DNA of 41,733 nucleotides from Bifidobacteriaceae bacterium. Lineage in GTDB: Bacteria; Actinomycetota; Actinomycetes; Actinomycetales; WQXJ01. Below are positions 1 through 13,397 of this stretch, piece by piece (the stretch's first letter is position 1; each line of letters starts with the position of its first letter). Location: the NCBI GenBank assembly GCA_031278075.1, contig JAITLE010000170.1, forward strand, positions 1 through 41,733, given 5' to 3'. Under the pieces are notes generated by a model. That model searched no databases. It was given only the letters and a program-made list of their open reading frames with translations, and was not told the DNA's origin. The position numbers and the translations under genes are program-made.

Positions 1-402
1 CCACCGAACCCGTGTACTGATCCGTCTCAGCCACCACCGACACCGGCACACCACCAACCACCGGCGCCACCACCCCACCAACCGTCAACAAACCCACCGT
101 CACGTCAGTCCTCGCGAACGTCGCCCGGATCGTCCCCGAACCAGCTGAATTCACACTCCCCACAGCACCCACCACCTCGAACGCGTCCTCACCAACCCCC
201 ACAAAAGTGAAACCAGGCTTCGCCACCAACGTCACCGTCGCCACATACTCAACCCCAGGAGCGAACCCCCCAGACCCAACCACCGGCGACCACACCACCG
301 AACCCGTGTACTGATCCGTCTCAGCCACCACCGACACCGGCACACCACCAACCACCGGCGCCACAACCCCACCAACCGTCAACAAACCCACCGTCACGTC
401 AG
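1..402 (-). repeat. Tandem 294-bp (98-codon) coding repeat; about 1.4 copies are visible and the array probably continues beyond the window
   Basis: nt 1-108 match nt 295-402 with one mismatch (71 c versus 365 a). The unit encodes TDVTVGLLTVGGVVAPVVGGVPVSVVAETDQYTGSVVWSPVVG... Confidence 0.85.
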
Positions 403-2413
403 CGACCGTCTCGAATTGCCCATACTGCGCGGGCCCGGCGCTGAAGTCGCTGTTCGCGGCGGATCGAGCGAAAACGTGATACGTGGTCCCGGACGTGAGG
501 TTGTCGAAGGTCGTGGTCGACTGCCAGGAGCCCGATGGGACCGTGTCAGTCGTGGCGATGCCGTATTCGACGTCCTGCCCGGTCGCGGCGGCGATGCTGA
601 CCGGGTTCACCGTGAGACTGGTGGTGGTCCTGGAGTCCAAGGTCACGGCGCCAGCGACGGGCGCCCCTCGGAGGAGGTCCCCGGTGCGACCGCCGTCGAT
701 ATTCACCGTCGCTCCGTCTTCGACGATCACATCGCCCTGGTTGGCGATTGTCGCGCCCGACTCGACGTCGAGTTGACCCCAGATGTCGAGTTCGGCGCCT
801 GCGGCGATGTCCAAGGTGTGTGGGTCGGCGACGATCAGAGTCCAGCCTGGCGGGATCGTCAACGTCCCGCCGACCGGGACGGTGAGGTCAGCCTTGAGCG
901 TGATCGTCTTGCTGTCGGCCGAGATGGTCACATCAGCGCCGTACAGCTGACCGTTCGCGCCGGACGATGTCGCGTTCTTCGCCGAAGTGGCCATGACCAC
1001 CGTTGGACTGACGATGCTCGGCGCCGGGCTGCTTCCAGCGCCGATCCCAGCTCCGACGCCGATCACGGTGCCGCCAGTGATGGTGATCGACCCGCCGCTC
1101 TTCGAACCGCCGATGCTCGGCCATCCCGCCGGGGCGAGGGCCACCACCGCGCCGCCCGTTATGCTGACGGCGCCAGTCACGCCGTTGGCGCCGCCGCCGA
1201 TCGCGGCGGGCGACGAGTAGGTTCCTGATGTGCTGGCTGTGACAAAGCCACCGCTGATGGTGATGACGCCGCCAGAGCCGCCCACGGTGCCGCCGTAACC
1301 GCCACCAATCCCGGCGCCATTTTGGCCAGCGGCGTTGACCGTGCCACCGCTGATCAAGATGACGCCGCCATCCTGCAGGTTTCCGCCGCCGATCCCCGCC
1401 CCGCCGCCGCCGGCGGTGGCGGTCACCACGCCGCCACTGATCGTGATATCACCGCCAGACCCCAGGTAGCTGCTGCTGCTGCTGCCGCCGCCGCCGATCC
1501 CCGTCCCATAGCCACGGCCGGTGGCGGTCACCACGCCGCCACTGATCGTGATCTGACCGCCGGACGCATAGCAGCCGCCCCCTATCCCAGCTCCCGAACT
1601 CCCGCCCCCTGTGGCGGTGACGGCGCCGCCGGTGATTGTGATCGTGCCGCCATCAGCCTGATAGCCGCCGCCGATCCCAGCGCCGCCGCCGCCGGCGCCG
1701 CCGCTTCGCGCGTCGACCACTCCGCCGCTGATCGTGATGTCGCCGCCTTGACCGCTGGCGCCGCCGCCGACGCCGGCGCCGTAGTAGCTGCCGGCGGCGC
1801 TTATCGTGCCACCAGCGATGGTGATGTCGCCGCCGCCTTGATTTGTCCCGCCGCCGATTCCGGCGCCGCTCAGGCCTGTGTCCGTGTTGGTGACGTTGAG
1901 GGCGCCTTCGGCGGAGCCGTCACCTGCGGCGCTAGTGATCTTGATGGTCGATCCGCTCGGGGCGGCCAACGACGCAGACGTTCCCCTTGACATCAACGCG
2001 TTGTCGCCGGAGACCTTGAGTGTGACTGTGGCGCCCGTGATGTCGAAGGCGGGCACATTCATCGTGCCCGTGGTGTCGACGCTCGCGTTCGCTAGTGTCA
2101 CGGTGGCCGTGGCGGAACTCGCCACCACGATCCGGTTGCTGGTGGTCGCCCCGGACACGGTGACGTCGGCGCCGTCCAGGATGGTGAAGACACCCCCGGC
2201 GAGAACCCAATGGTCGCCGGTCTGCGTCGCCGAATCCGACAGGTCGATGGTCGCGCCGTCGCTCAACGCCGGCGCGGCGGCGGGGAGCAGAGTGGTCAGG
2301 CCGGCCGCCACAGCGAGAACCAGGCCGAGATGGCCCGCGACGCGTAGGCCACGTCGCAGCCCAGGCACACCGGATCGTCTGTTGTCATTGTTCCTGCTAT
2401 TGCTTGTCGTCAC
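1..2413 (-). CDS. Secreted Gly-rich beta-helix-repeat surface/adhesin-like protein, partial (the 3' end of the gene lies beyond the window start)
   Basis: My own translation of the minus frame (codons at 2413-3k) is stop-free over all 2.4 kb. The ORF is absent from the track because no stop lies in the window. GTG at 2413 follows an in-frame TAG (2431..2429) and a GAAGGG SD-like box; GTG 2368 is an alternative start. The N-terminus VTTSNSRNNDNRRSGVPGLRRGLRVAGHLGLVLAVAAGLTTLLPAAAPALS looks like a signal peptide. It is followed by about 9 rungs of GAGIGGG...GGxITISGGxVxA, then an FN3-like segment (VTLDSRTTTSLTVNP...GTTYHVFARS), then tandem 98-aa domains. Confidence 0.75.
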   Translation of the reverse strand, partial: MTTSNSRNNDNRRSGVPGLRRGLRVAGHLGLVLAVAAGLTTLLPAAAPALSDGATIDLSDSATQTGDHWVLAGGVFTILDGADVTVSGATTSNRIVVASSATATVTLANASVDTTGTMNVPAFDITGATVTLKVSGDNALMSRGTSASLAAPSGSTIKITSAAGDGSAEGALNVTNTDTGLSGAGIGGGTNQGGGDITIAGGTISAAGSYYGAGVGGGASGQGGDITISGGVVDARSGGAGGGGAGIGGGYQADGGTITITGGAVTATGGGSSGAGIGGGCYASGGQITISGGVVTATGRGYGTGIGGGGSSSSSYLGSGGDITISGGVVTATAGGGGAGIGGGNLQDGGVILISGGTVNAAGQNGAGIGGGYGGTVGGSGGVITISGGFVTASTSGTYSSPAAIGGGANGVTGAVSITGGAVVALAPAGWPSIGGSKSGGSITITGGTVIGVGAGIGAGSSPAPSIVSPTVVMATSAKNATSSGANGQLYGADVTISADSKTITLKADLTVPVGGTLTIPPGWTLIVADPHTLDIAAGAELDIWGQLDVESGATIANQGDVIVEDGATVNIDGGRTGDLLRGAPVAGAVTLDSRTTTSLTVNPVSIAAATGQDVEYGIATTDTVPSGSWQSTTTFDNLTSGTTYHVFARSAANSDFSAGPAQYGQFETVADVTVGLLTVGGVVAPVVGGVPVSVVAETDQYTGSVVWSPVVGSGGFAPGVEYVATVTLVAKPGFTFVGVGEDAFEVVGAVGSVNSAGSGTIRATFARTDVTVGLLTVGGVVAPVVGGVPVSVVAETDQYTGSV
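1020..1880 (-). repeat. Degenerate periodic coding repeats (about 23-27 codons each) that form the Gly-rich beta-helix rungs
   Basis: The peptide pattern G(A/T)GIGGG - 5 to 10 aa - GG(D/T/Q/V)ITI(S/T/A)GG(V/T)V(T/D/N)A recurs about 9 times. The boundaries are approximate. Confidence 0.6.
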
Positions 2414-2535
2414 GGTTGGCCCTTCTCTCTATAGACGCCGAACCATGCGTTGGCGCCGCGGCAAATCGGGTTCGAGAATTGTCGACAACCATTATCTCAC
2501 TGTCCAGAGCCCACAAAGTGGAAGGCCCGGGCCGG

Positions 2536-3858
2536 TCAACACTCCACGACGTTGAGCGCCAACCCACCCGTCGCGGTCTCCTTGTACTTGCCTGACATGT
2601 CCGCGCCGACCTGCCTCATGGTCTCGATCGCCGCGTCCAACGAGACCACATGGGCGCCGTCGCCGAGCAGCGCGGTGCGCGCCGCCCGGACCGCTGTGGC
2701 GGCGGCGATCGAGTTCCGCTCAATACACGGGATCTGCACCAGACCGTCGATCGGGTCGCAGGTCAGGCCCAAGTGGTGTTCGATCGCGATCTCGGCGGCG
2801 TTCTCCACCTGGGCGGGCGTCCCGCCCAGCAGCTCGGCCAGGCCCGCCGCCGCCATCGCCGCCGCGGTCCCGACCTCGCCCTGGCAGCCCACCTCGGCTC
2901 CGGAGATCGACGCGTTCGCCTTGCACAGCGACCCGACCGCGCCTGCCGTCAGCAGGTATTCGCGCAGCCGGCGCGCGTCGGCGCCCCGCGTGAACCGCAG
3001 GTAGTACTCGCCCACCGCCGGCACGATGCCGGCCGCACCGTTCGTCGGCGCCGTCACCACACGCTCGCCCGCGGCGTTCTGCTCGCTCACCGCCATCGCG
3101 AAGGCCTGCAACCAGTCCAGGGCGTCCTCACCGCCGAGCGGCGCGGTCTCGAGGCGCCGCCGCAAGGCGCCGGCGCGACGCGCCACCCTGAGGCGCCCCG
3201 GCAAGGTTCCTTCGGCGGCGAGCCCCGCCGCCACGCACTCCGCCATGACCCGCCAGACCTCGTCGAGATGGGCCGAAGCGGGTTGGCCGGCCGCCAGCGC
3301 GCGCTCGTTGGCCAAGGCGATCCGGCTGACCGGCCAGCCCGTCGCCCGGCACGATTCGAGCAGCTGCGCGGCGTTCGCGAACGGGAAAGGGAGGCTCGGC
3401 GCCGGGGGCGAGCAGACGGCGTCGTCCACCACGAAGCCGCCCCCGACGGAATAGTAGGTGCGCTGGAGGCCGCCGGCCCGGAACGTGAGGGCGTTGGGGT
3501 GGCGGGCGAGGCGTTCCGCGGGCTCCAGCCGGAGCGCCACCGCCCAGGGCCGCCCCCCGATCACGACCGACCAGACACCGACCGCCGCCGCGAGGCTCCG
3601 GACGGCGGCTGGGTCGCAGGTGTCGGGCGCGAGGCCGGCAAGCCCCGCCACGACCGCGGCCGGCGTGCCGTGCCCGGCGCCCGTCGCGCCCAGGGCGCCG
3701 TGGAGCGTCACCTCGATCAGGTCGCCGAACTCGGGCGGCGCGCCAGCGACGGCCGCCTCGGCCAGCGACGCCGCGAACATGCGCCCGGCCCGCATCGGAC
3801 CCACCGTATGCGACGCGGACGGACCGATCCCGATGCTGAACAGCTCGCGCACCGACAC
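2536..3858 (-). CDS. sdaA: L-serine ammonia-lyase (iron-sulfur-dependent L-serine dehydratase, single chain)
   Basis: This is the C-terminal 440 aa of track ORF 2536..4275. Family similarity begins at VSVRELFSIGIGPSASHTVGPMRAG, with GTG at 3858 (GTG 3852 is an alternative). The upstream 139 aa are R/S/T-rich junk that runs into the divergent regulator gene. Confidence 0.9.
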   Translation of the reverse strand: MSVRELFSIGIGPSASHTVGPMRAGRMFAASLAEAAVAGAPPEFGDLIEVTLHGALGATGAGHGTPAAVVAGLAGLAPDTCDPAAVRSLAAAVGVWSVVIGGRPWAVALRLEPAERLARHPNALTFRAGGLQRTYYSVGGGFVVDDAVCSPPAPSLPFPFANAAQLLESCRATGWPVSRIALANERALAAGQPASAHLDEVWRVMAECVAAGLAAEGTLPGRLRVARRAGALRRRLETAPLGGEDALDWLQAFAMAVSEQNAAGERVVTAPTNGAAGIVPAVGEYYLRFTRGADARRLREYLLTAGAVGSLCKANASISGAEVGCQGEVGTAAAMAAAGLAELLGGTPAQVENAAEIAIEHHLGLTCDPIDGLVQIPCIERNSIAAATAVRAARTALLGDGAHVVSLDAAIETMRQVGADMSGKYKETATGGLALNVVEC

Positions 3859-4009
3859 ATAGGCTGGCCGCGCCCCGCCGGCGGGCGGCGGGCGGCCAGA
3901 GCCGACGGGGGCGGTCACGGTCCCATGGTCCACCGGGCGGCGTGGCCTTTCAAGTCGCCCGGCCGCCCGGCCGCATCTAACGCGGTCGGCATCGTGCGAG
4001 ACTGGTTGC

Positions 4010-4879
4010 ATGAGCGCTCCGCTGATACTTGTCGTCGAGGACGAGCCGACCATCGCGAACGCGATAACGCGGCGGCTGTTGGCCGAGGGGTACCGCGCGC
4101 AAACGGTGGCGGACGGCGTCGAGGCCGTCGCCAAGGCCAAGGACCTCCAGCCTGATCTGTTGGTGCTGGACGTGATGCTGCCCGGCGTGGACGGACTGGA
4201 AGTGTGCCGACGGGTCCAAGCGAACCGGCCGGTGCCGGTCTTGATGTTGACCGCCCGCGACGACGAGACCGACAAGCTGGTCGGCCTTGGCGTGGGCGCC
4301 GACGATTACATGACGAAGCCGTTCTCCATGCGTGAGCTGTTGGCCCGGATAAAGGCGCTGCTCAGGCGGGTGGAGCGGGCCAAGCAGTTGGGCGAGGCGG
4401 AGCCGGACGCGACGCCGATCCATGTCGCCGACCTGGTGATCGACCGGGCGGCACGGCGTGTCACCCGCGCCGGCGAACAGGTCCACCTGACGCCGACAGA
4501 ATTCGACCTGTTGGTCTTCCTGGCGACATCGCCGGGGACGGTGCTGACCCGCGAGAAGCTGTTGGAGCACGTTTGGGATTGGGTGGACGCCGCGGGCACC
4601 AGGACCGTCGACTCGCACATCAAAGCGGTCCGCCGCAAGCTGGGCGCCGACCTGATTCGCACGGTGCACGGGGTCGGCTACGCGTTCGAGCCAGCGGACG
4701 ATCCCGACCCGCCGGGTCCCGCTCCGGCCCCCCCGTCCGCGGACGCCGCGGCGGGCGTGGCCGAGCCGGCTGAGCCGGCCGAGCCGGCCGAGCCGGCCGA
4801 GGAGCCCCCGGCTAAGAGCAGCCGGACCAGGGGCAAGGCCCGCCGCGAAGCCCGCAACGGCCGGGCCGGGCGCGGTTGA
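4010..4879 (+). CDS. OmpR/PhoB-family response regulator with a roughly 60-aa Pro/Ala/Glu low-complexity C-terminal tail
   Basis: Receiver motifs are present (LVVEDE, LLVLDVMLPGVDG, ADDYMTKPF). The winged-helix domain ends at GVGYAF, and a tail containing (AEP)x4 follows. Confidence 0.9.
   Translation: MSAPLILVVEDEPTIANAITRRLLAEGYRAQTVADGVEAVAKAKDLQPDLLVLDVMLPGVDGLEVCRRVQANRPVPVLMLTARDDETDKLVGLGVGADDYMTKPFSMRELLARIKALLRRVERAKQLGEAEPDATPIHVADLVIDRAARRVTRAGEQVHLTPTEFDLLVFLATSPGTVLTREKLLEHVWDWVDAAGTRTVDSHIKAVRRKLGADLIRTVHGVGYAFEPADDPDPPGPAPAPPSADAAAGVAEPAEPAEPAEPAEEPPAKSSRTRGKARREARNGRAGRG
4760..4801 (+). repeat. 9-bp tandem repeat encoding (AEP)n in the response-regulator tail
   Basis: GCCGAGCCGGCTGAGCCGGCCGAGCCGGCCGAGCCGGCCGAG encodes AEPAEPAEPAEPAE. 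Coordinates come from codons 251-264 of the ORF that starts at 4010. Confidence 0.75.
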
Positions 4880-4886
4880 GACGACC

Positions 4887-5948
4887 ATGGCGAAGCCGCC
4901 TAGGTCCATGCCGGCCGTCTCGCGGCCGCTAGACGCTCTGGGCTCGATCAAGATCAAGATCGGGCTGCTGGTCACATCAGCGGTGGTGGCGGCGGTGGGA
5001 ATGACCTGGATCGGGCTGCGCAACGAGATGGGGCCGACCCGCACCATGCCCCTCGCGCTCCTCGCCGGCTTGGTGGTGACGCAGATCTTGGCTCACGGCA
5101 TGACCAGCCCGCTGCGCGAGATGACGGACGCGGCCCAGGCCATGGCCAAGGGCGACTACTCGAAGCATGTGTCGATCTCGTCCCGCGACGAGGTGGGCGA
5201 ACTCGCCCGCGCCTTCACCCTCATGGCGAAGGACTTGGCGCAGGCGGACGCGCTGCGCCGCGAGATGATCGCGAACGTCTCCCACGAGTTGCGCACCCCC
5301 GTCGCCGCCCTCCAGGCCGAACTCGAGAACATGGTCGACGGCGTCACCGCCCCCGATGCGGACACCCTGGATCTCCTCCTGACCCAGACCAAACGGCTCG
5401 GCCGGTTGGTCACGGACATGTTGGATCTGTCTCGCCTCGACGCCGACGTGGTGCAGCTCCACCTCGCCGACGTGGAGGTGGAGACCTTCCTGGACGATGC
5501 CGTCGCCGCCGCCCGCCTCGTCGCCTCGTCCGCGGGCAAGCGCGTCGCGTTCGTCGTGGACGCCCAGCCCCGGACGTTGCACATGACCGCTGACGTGGAA
5601 CGCCTGCACCAGGTGGCCGCGAACCTGTTGTCGAACGCGATCCGGCACTCGCCGGACGGGGGCATCATCACGATCTCGGCGGCGAGCGTGGGCAAATGGA
5701 TCCAGCTCGATTTCAAGGACCAGGGGCCGGGGATCGCCCCTGAGGAACGGGAACGGATCTTCGAGCGGTTCGAGCGCGGCAAGGTGGGCGAGGCCGAGGG
5801 CCGGGCGAGCACCGGCGGGACCGGATTGGGACTCGCGATCGCCCGGTGGGCGGTTCGCCTCCACGCGGGCTCGTTGACGGCGGTCCCAGCTGAGACCGGC
5901 GCCGACTTCCGGGTGCGTCTGCCGCGGGCGCCGGCGCCGCGCGCCTGA
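4887..5948 (+). CDS. Sensor histidine kinase (two TM helices with a roughly 9-aa loop, then HAMP, HisKA and HATPase_c)
   Basis: H-box is SHELRTPV, N-box is LLSNAIRHSP, and the G-boxes are DQGPGI and GGTGLGLAI. TM1 is IKIGLLVTSAVVAAVGMTWIGL and TM2 is MPLALLAGLVVTQILAHGM, with only RNEMGPTRT between them. Confidence 0.9.
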   Translation: MAKPPRSMPAVSRPLDALGSIKIKIGLLVTSAVVAAVGMTWIGLRNEMGPTRTMPLALLAGLVVTQILAHGMTSPLREMTDAAQAMAKGDYSKHVSISSRDEVGELARAFTLMAKDLAQADALRREMIANVSHELRTPVAALQAELENMVDGVTAPDADTLDLLLTQTKRLGRLVTDMLDLSRLDADVVQLHLADVEVETFLDDAVAAARLVASSAGKRVAFVVDAQPRTLHMTADVERLHQVAANLLSNAIRHSPDGGIITISAASVGKWIQLDFKDQGPGIAPEERERIFERFERGKVGEAEGRASTGGTGLGLAIARWAVRLHAGSLTAVPAETGADFRVRLPRAPAPRA

Positions 5949-5987
5949 CCGCCGGCGGGCGGGCGGGGCCGGGTCCGGCCGCTGCGC

Positions 5988-5993
5988 TAGGCT
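5988..5993 (+). promoter_or_regulatory. Candidate -10 hexamer TAGGCT, 6 nt upstream of the ABC ATPase ATG (possible leaderless transcript)
   Basis: The sequence is TAGGCTggaccaATG. It fits the actinobacterial TANNNT -10 pattern at the spacing expected for a leaderless mRNA. No SD is visible. Confidence 0.35.
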
Positions 5994-5999
5994 GGACCA

Positions 6000-6890
6000 A
6001 TGATCCAGGTCAGGGCGCTGTCAAAGCGGTTTGGGCAGGTCAACGCGGTGATCGACCTGAGTTTCACGGCCCGGGACGGACGGGTCACAGCCTTCTTGGG
6101 CCCGAACGGCTCCGGCAAGACCACCACCCTCAGGGCGGCGTTGGGTCTGCTCAAACCCACGGCCGGGGATGTGCTCTTCGACGGGCGCCACTATCAAGAC
6201 ATCAGGCGACCCGCGAGGCAGATCGGCGCGTCCTTGGAGGCCTCGTCGTTCCATCCGGGCCGGACCGCGCTGGACCACCTGCTGACGTTGGCGCCCGGGG
6301 CCGCAGTGGCGGAGGAACGCTGCCGCGAGGTGCTGGATCTGGTTGGCCTGGCGGGTCAGGCGAACCGCCGGGTCGGGGGGTACTCGATGGGCATGCGGGG
6401 ACGGCTGGGGATCGCCGCGGCCCTGCTCGGCGACCCGGGCACACTCCTCCTCGACGAGCCCACCAACGGCTTGGACCCGGAGGGCATCAGCTGGATGCGC
6501 AACCTGATCCGGGCGATGGCGGCGCAGGGGCGCACCGTCTTGATCTCATCCCACCTGCTCGGCGAGGTGGAGCGCACCGTCGACGACGTCGTGATCATCG
6601 CCCGCGGCCAGTTGGTCCACGCCTCGCCCATCGCCGACTTGGAACGCTTCGGCGCCCCGACCGCGGTTGTCGCGGCCACCGACCCGCCGGCGTTGGCCGC
6701 CTTGGTGGCGCGCGCGGGCTGGGACGCCCAATGGGGGGCGGACGGGTCGGCGCTGATCCGCGGGGTCACGCCGGTCGGCATCGGACAGGCGGCGTTCGAC
6801 GCGGGTCTCGTCTTGACGCAACTGGCCAGCCAGAAGCCTGGCCTGGAACAAGCCTTCTTCCGCCTGACTGAGGGCGGTGGCCTTCAATGA
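6000..6890 (+). CDS. ABC transporter ATP-binding protein (ABC-2/DrrA-like)
   Basis: Walker A is GPNGSGKTT, the signature is YSMGMRGRL and Walker B is LLLDEPTNGLD. Confidence 0.9.
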   Translation: MIQVRALSKRFGQVNAVIDLSFTARDGRVTAFLGPNGSGKTTTLRAALGLLKPTAGDVLFDGRHYQDIRRPARQIGASLEASSFHPGRTALDHLLTLAPGAAVAEERCREVLDLVGLAGQANRRVGGYSMGMRGRLGIAAALLGDPGTLLLDEPTNGLDPEGISWMRNLIRAMAAQGRTVLISSHLLGEVERTVDDVVIIARGQLVHASPIADLERFGAPTAVVAATDPPALAALVARAGWDAQWGADGSALIRGVTPVGIGQAAFDAGLVLTQLASQKPGLEQAFFRLTEGGGLQ

Positions 6891-7714
6891 GGGCGGCGGT
6901 TCGCTCCGAGTTGCGGAAACTGTTCTCCACGAGGCTGTGGTGGGTGCTCGCGCTGAGCGGCGGCGCCTATTTGGCGATCATGGGAGTGGCGATGGCGTTC
7001 GTCTTCTCGTTCGAGGCCGCGGCCAACGACTCGGCCGATCTGGGCTTCAACATCTCGGCCACGTCTCGGGGACGGCCTGACCCGGCGCTGTTGACTTATT
7101 CGATAGCAGGCTCGATGGCTTATGTGTTCCCGCTGTTGATCGGCACTTTGTCGGTCACCCAGGAGTTCCGGCACAGGACGATCACGGGGACCTTCACCGC
7201 TGAGCCGCGCCGCCACGTGGTGTTGTGCGCGAAGATGCTCGCCTCCCTGCCGATGGGGCTGGTGATGGGGGCGGCCTGCGTCGCCGCGCTCGTGTCGCCG
7301 GCGGCGCTGGTGTTCGCTGGCCAGGGCGTGCCGAACGGGCTCGGCAGCGCAGAGACCTGGGCGTTCCTGGGGCGCGCGCTGCTCGACTTCACGGTGTGGG
7401 CTGGTGTCGGGGTGGGCGTGGGCGCGTTGTTGCGCAACCAGGTCGCGGCGATCGTGGTGGTGCTCGCGGTGACGCAGTTCGTGGAGCCGGTGCTCCGGAT
7501 GCTCGGCGCGATGCTCGACGGCTGGAGTTGGACCAGGTTCCTGCCGGGGGCCGCCGGCGACGCCATCCAGGGCGTGAGCGTCTACGACGCGATGGCGGAC
7601 ATCAACTCCGCCGAGCCGATGGGCTTCGGTTGGGCCGCGCTGGTGCTCGCGGCGTGGGGGGTGGGTTTCGCCGCGATCGCTTATGCCACGACCTGGCGGC
7701 GGGACGTGTCGTAG
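6887..7714 (+). CDS. ABC-2 type transporter permease
   Basis: There is an ATGA start/stop overlap with the ATPase gene. The 275-aa protein has about 6 hydrophobic helices. Confidence 0.8.
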   Translation: MRAAVRSELRKLFSTRLWWVLALSGGAYLAIMGVAMAFVFSFEAAANDSADLGFNISATSRGRPDPALLTYSIAGSMAYVFPLLIGTLSVTQEFRHRTITGTFTAEPRRHVVLCAKMLASLPMGLVMGAACVAALVSPAALVFAGQGVPNGLGSAETWAFLGRALLDFTVWAGVGVGVGALLRNQVAAIVVVLAVTQFVEPVLRMLGAMLDGWSWTRFLPGAAGDAIQGVSVYDAMADINSAEPMGFGWAALVLAAWGVGFAAIAYATTWRRDVS

Positions 7715-7894
7715 CCGGGCGCAGGACTTAAGTCATTCGCGCTGGTCAACCGGCCAGTCTCGGTTAGGTTTCGGCGGGCGCCGCGGCTAGCATCTAACTG
7801 TGTTCCGAGACGCAGACGGAACGGCCCCTGCGGTCGGGGGGCGAACCCTGCCCGTTCGTTTACCCAGCCTTGAATCAAGAAAGGCCATCCTTCA

Positions 7895-13361
<5,467 letters not shown>

Positions 13362-13397
13362 TCCCCCGCCGCACGATGCCGTCCGGTCGGCGCCGAT

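Noticed and set aside
1380-1900. Periodic short repeats that could be mistaken for a CRISPR array or a minisatellite
   Set aside because: The units are imperfect, have no unique spacers of constant length, and are in frame. They encode the GAGIGGG...ITISGG rungs of the surface protein.
2479-2488. A perfect 10-bp palindrome, TTGTCGACAA, between the sdaA stop and the surface-protein start. It could be an operator or a DnaA-box-like site.
   Set aside because: It is a single short palindrome that contains a SalI-type hexamer. There is no second copy or flanking conservation to support a function.
416-2555. Plus-strand track ORFs (416..1228, 1322..1990, 1878..2555 and others) in the first 2.5 kb
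   Set aside because: They are antisense or alternate readings of the Gly-rich repeat gene. The minus frame is stop-free for 2.4 kb and has a signal peptide and a domain architecture, whereas these ORFs read as poly-Ala/Arg/Gly/Pro.
2650-4155. A 501-aa plus-strand ORF antisense to sdaA. Similar cases are 16519..17913 (+), 12003..13214 (-), 17838..19220 (-), 22875..24170 (-), 28097..29107 (-), 35699..36673 (+) and 38462..39478 (+).
   Set aside because: Each one overlaps a gene with clear family motifs on the opposite strand, and each has Arg/Gly/Pro-dominated composition.
3859-4275. N-terminal extensions of track ORFs: sdaA to 4275, guaB3 to 15827 and the GT-C-like gene to 23487
   Set aside because: In each case family similarity starts at an internal GTG (3858, 15152, 22701). 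The extensions are compositionally aberrant and run into or over neighbouring genes.
7788-7793. TAGCAT -10-like hexamer upstream of kgd, with a similar GGTAGCATCGCGCTGTG upstream of the dsbA-like gene
   Set aside because: These are plausible sigma-A -10 boxes that share a TAGCATC...CTGTG context. The -35 regions are weak and I have no transcription-start data, so they are too speculative to list as features.
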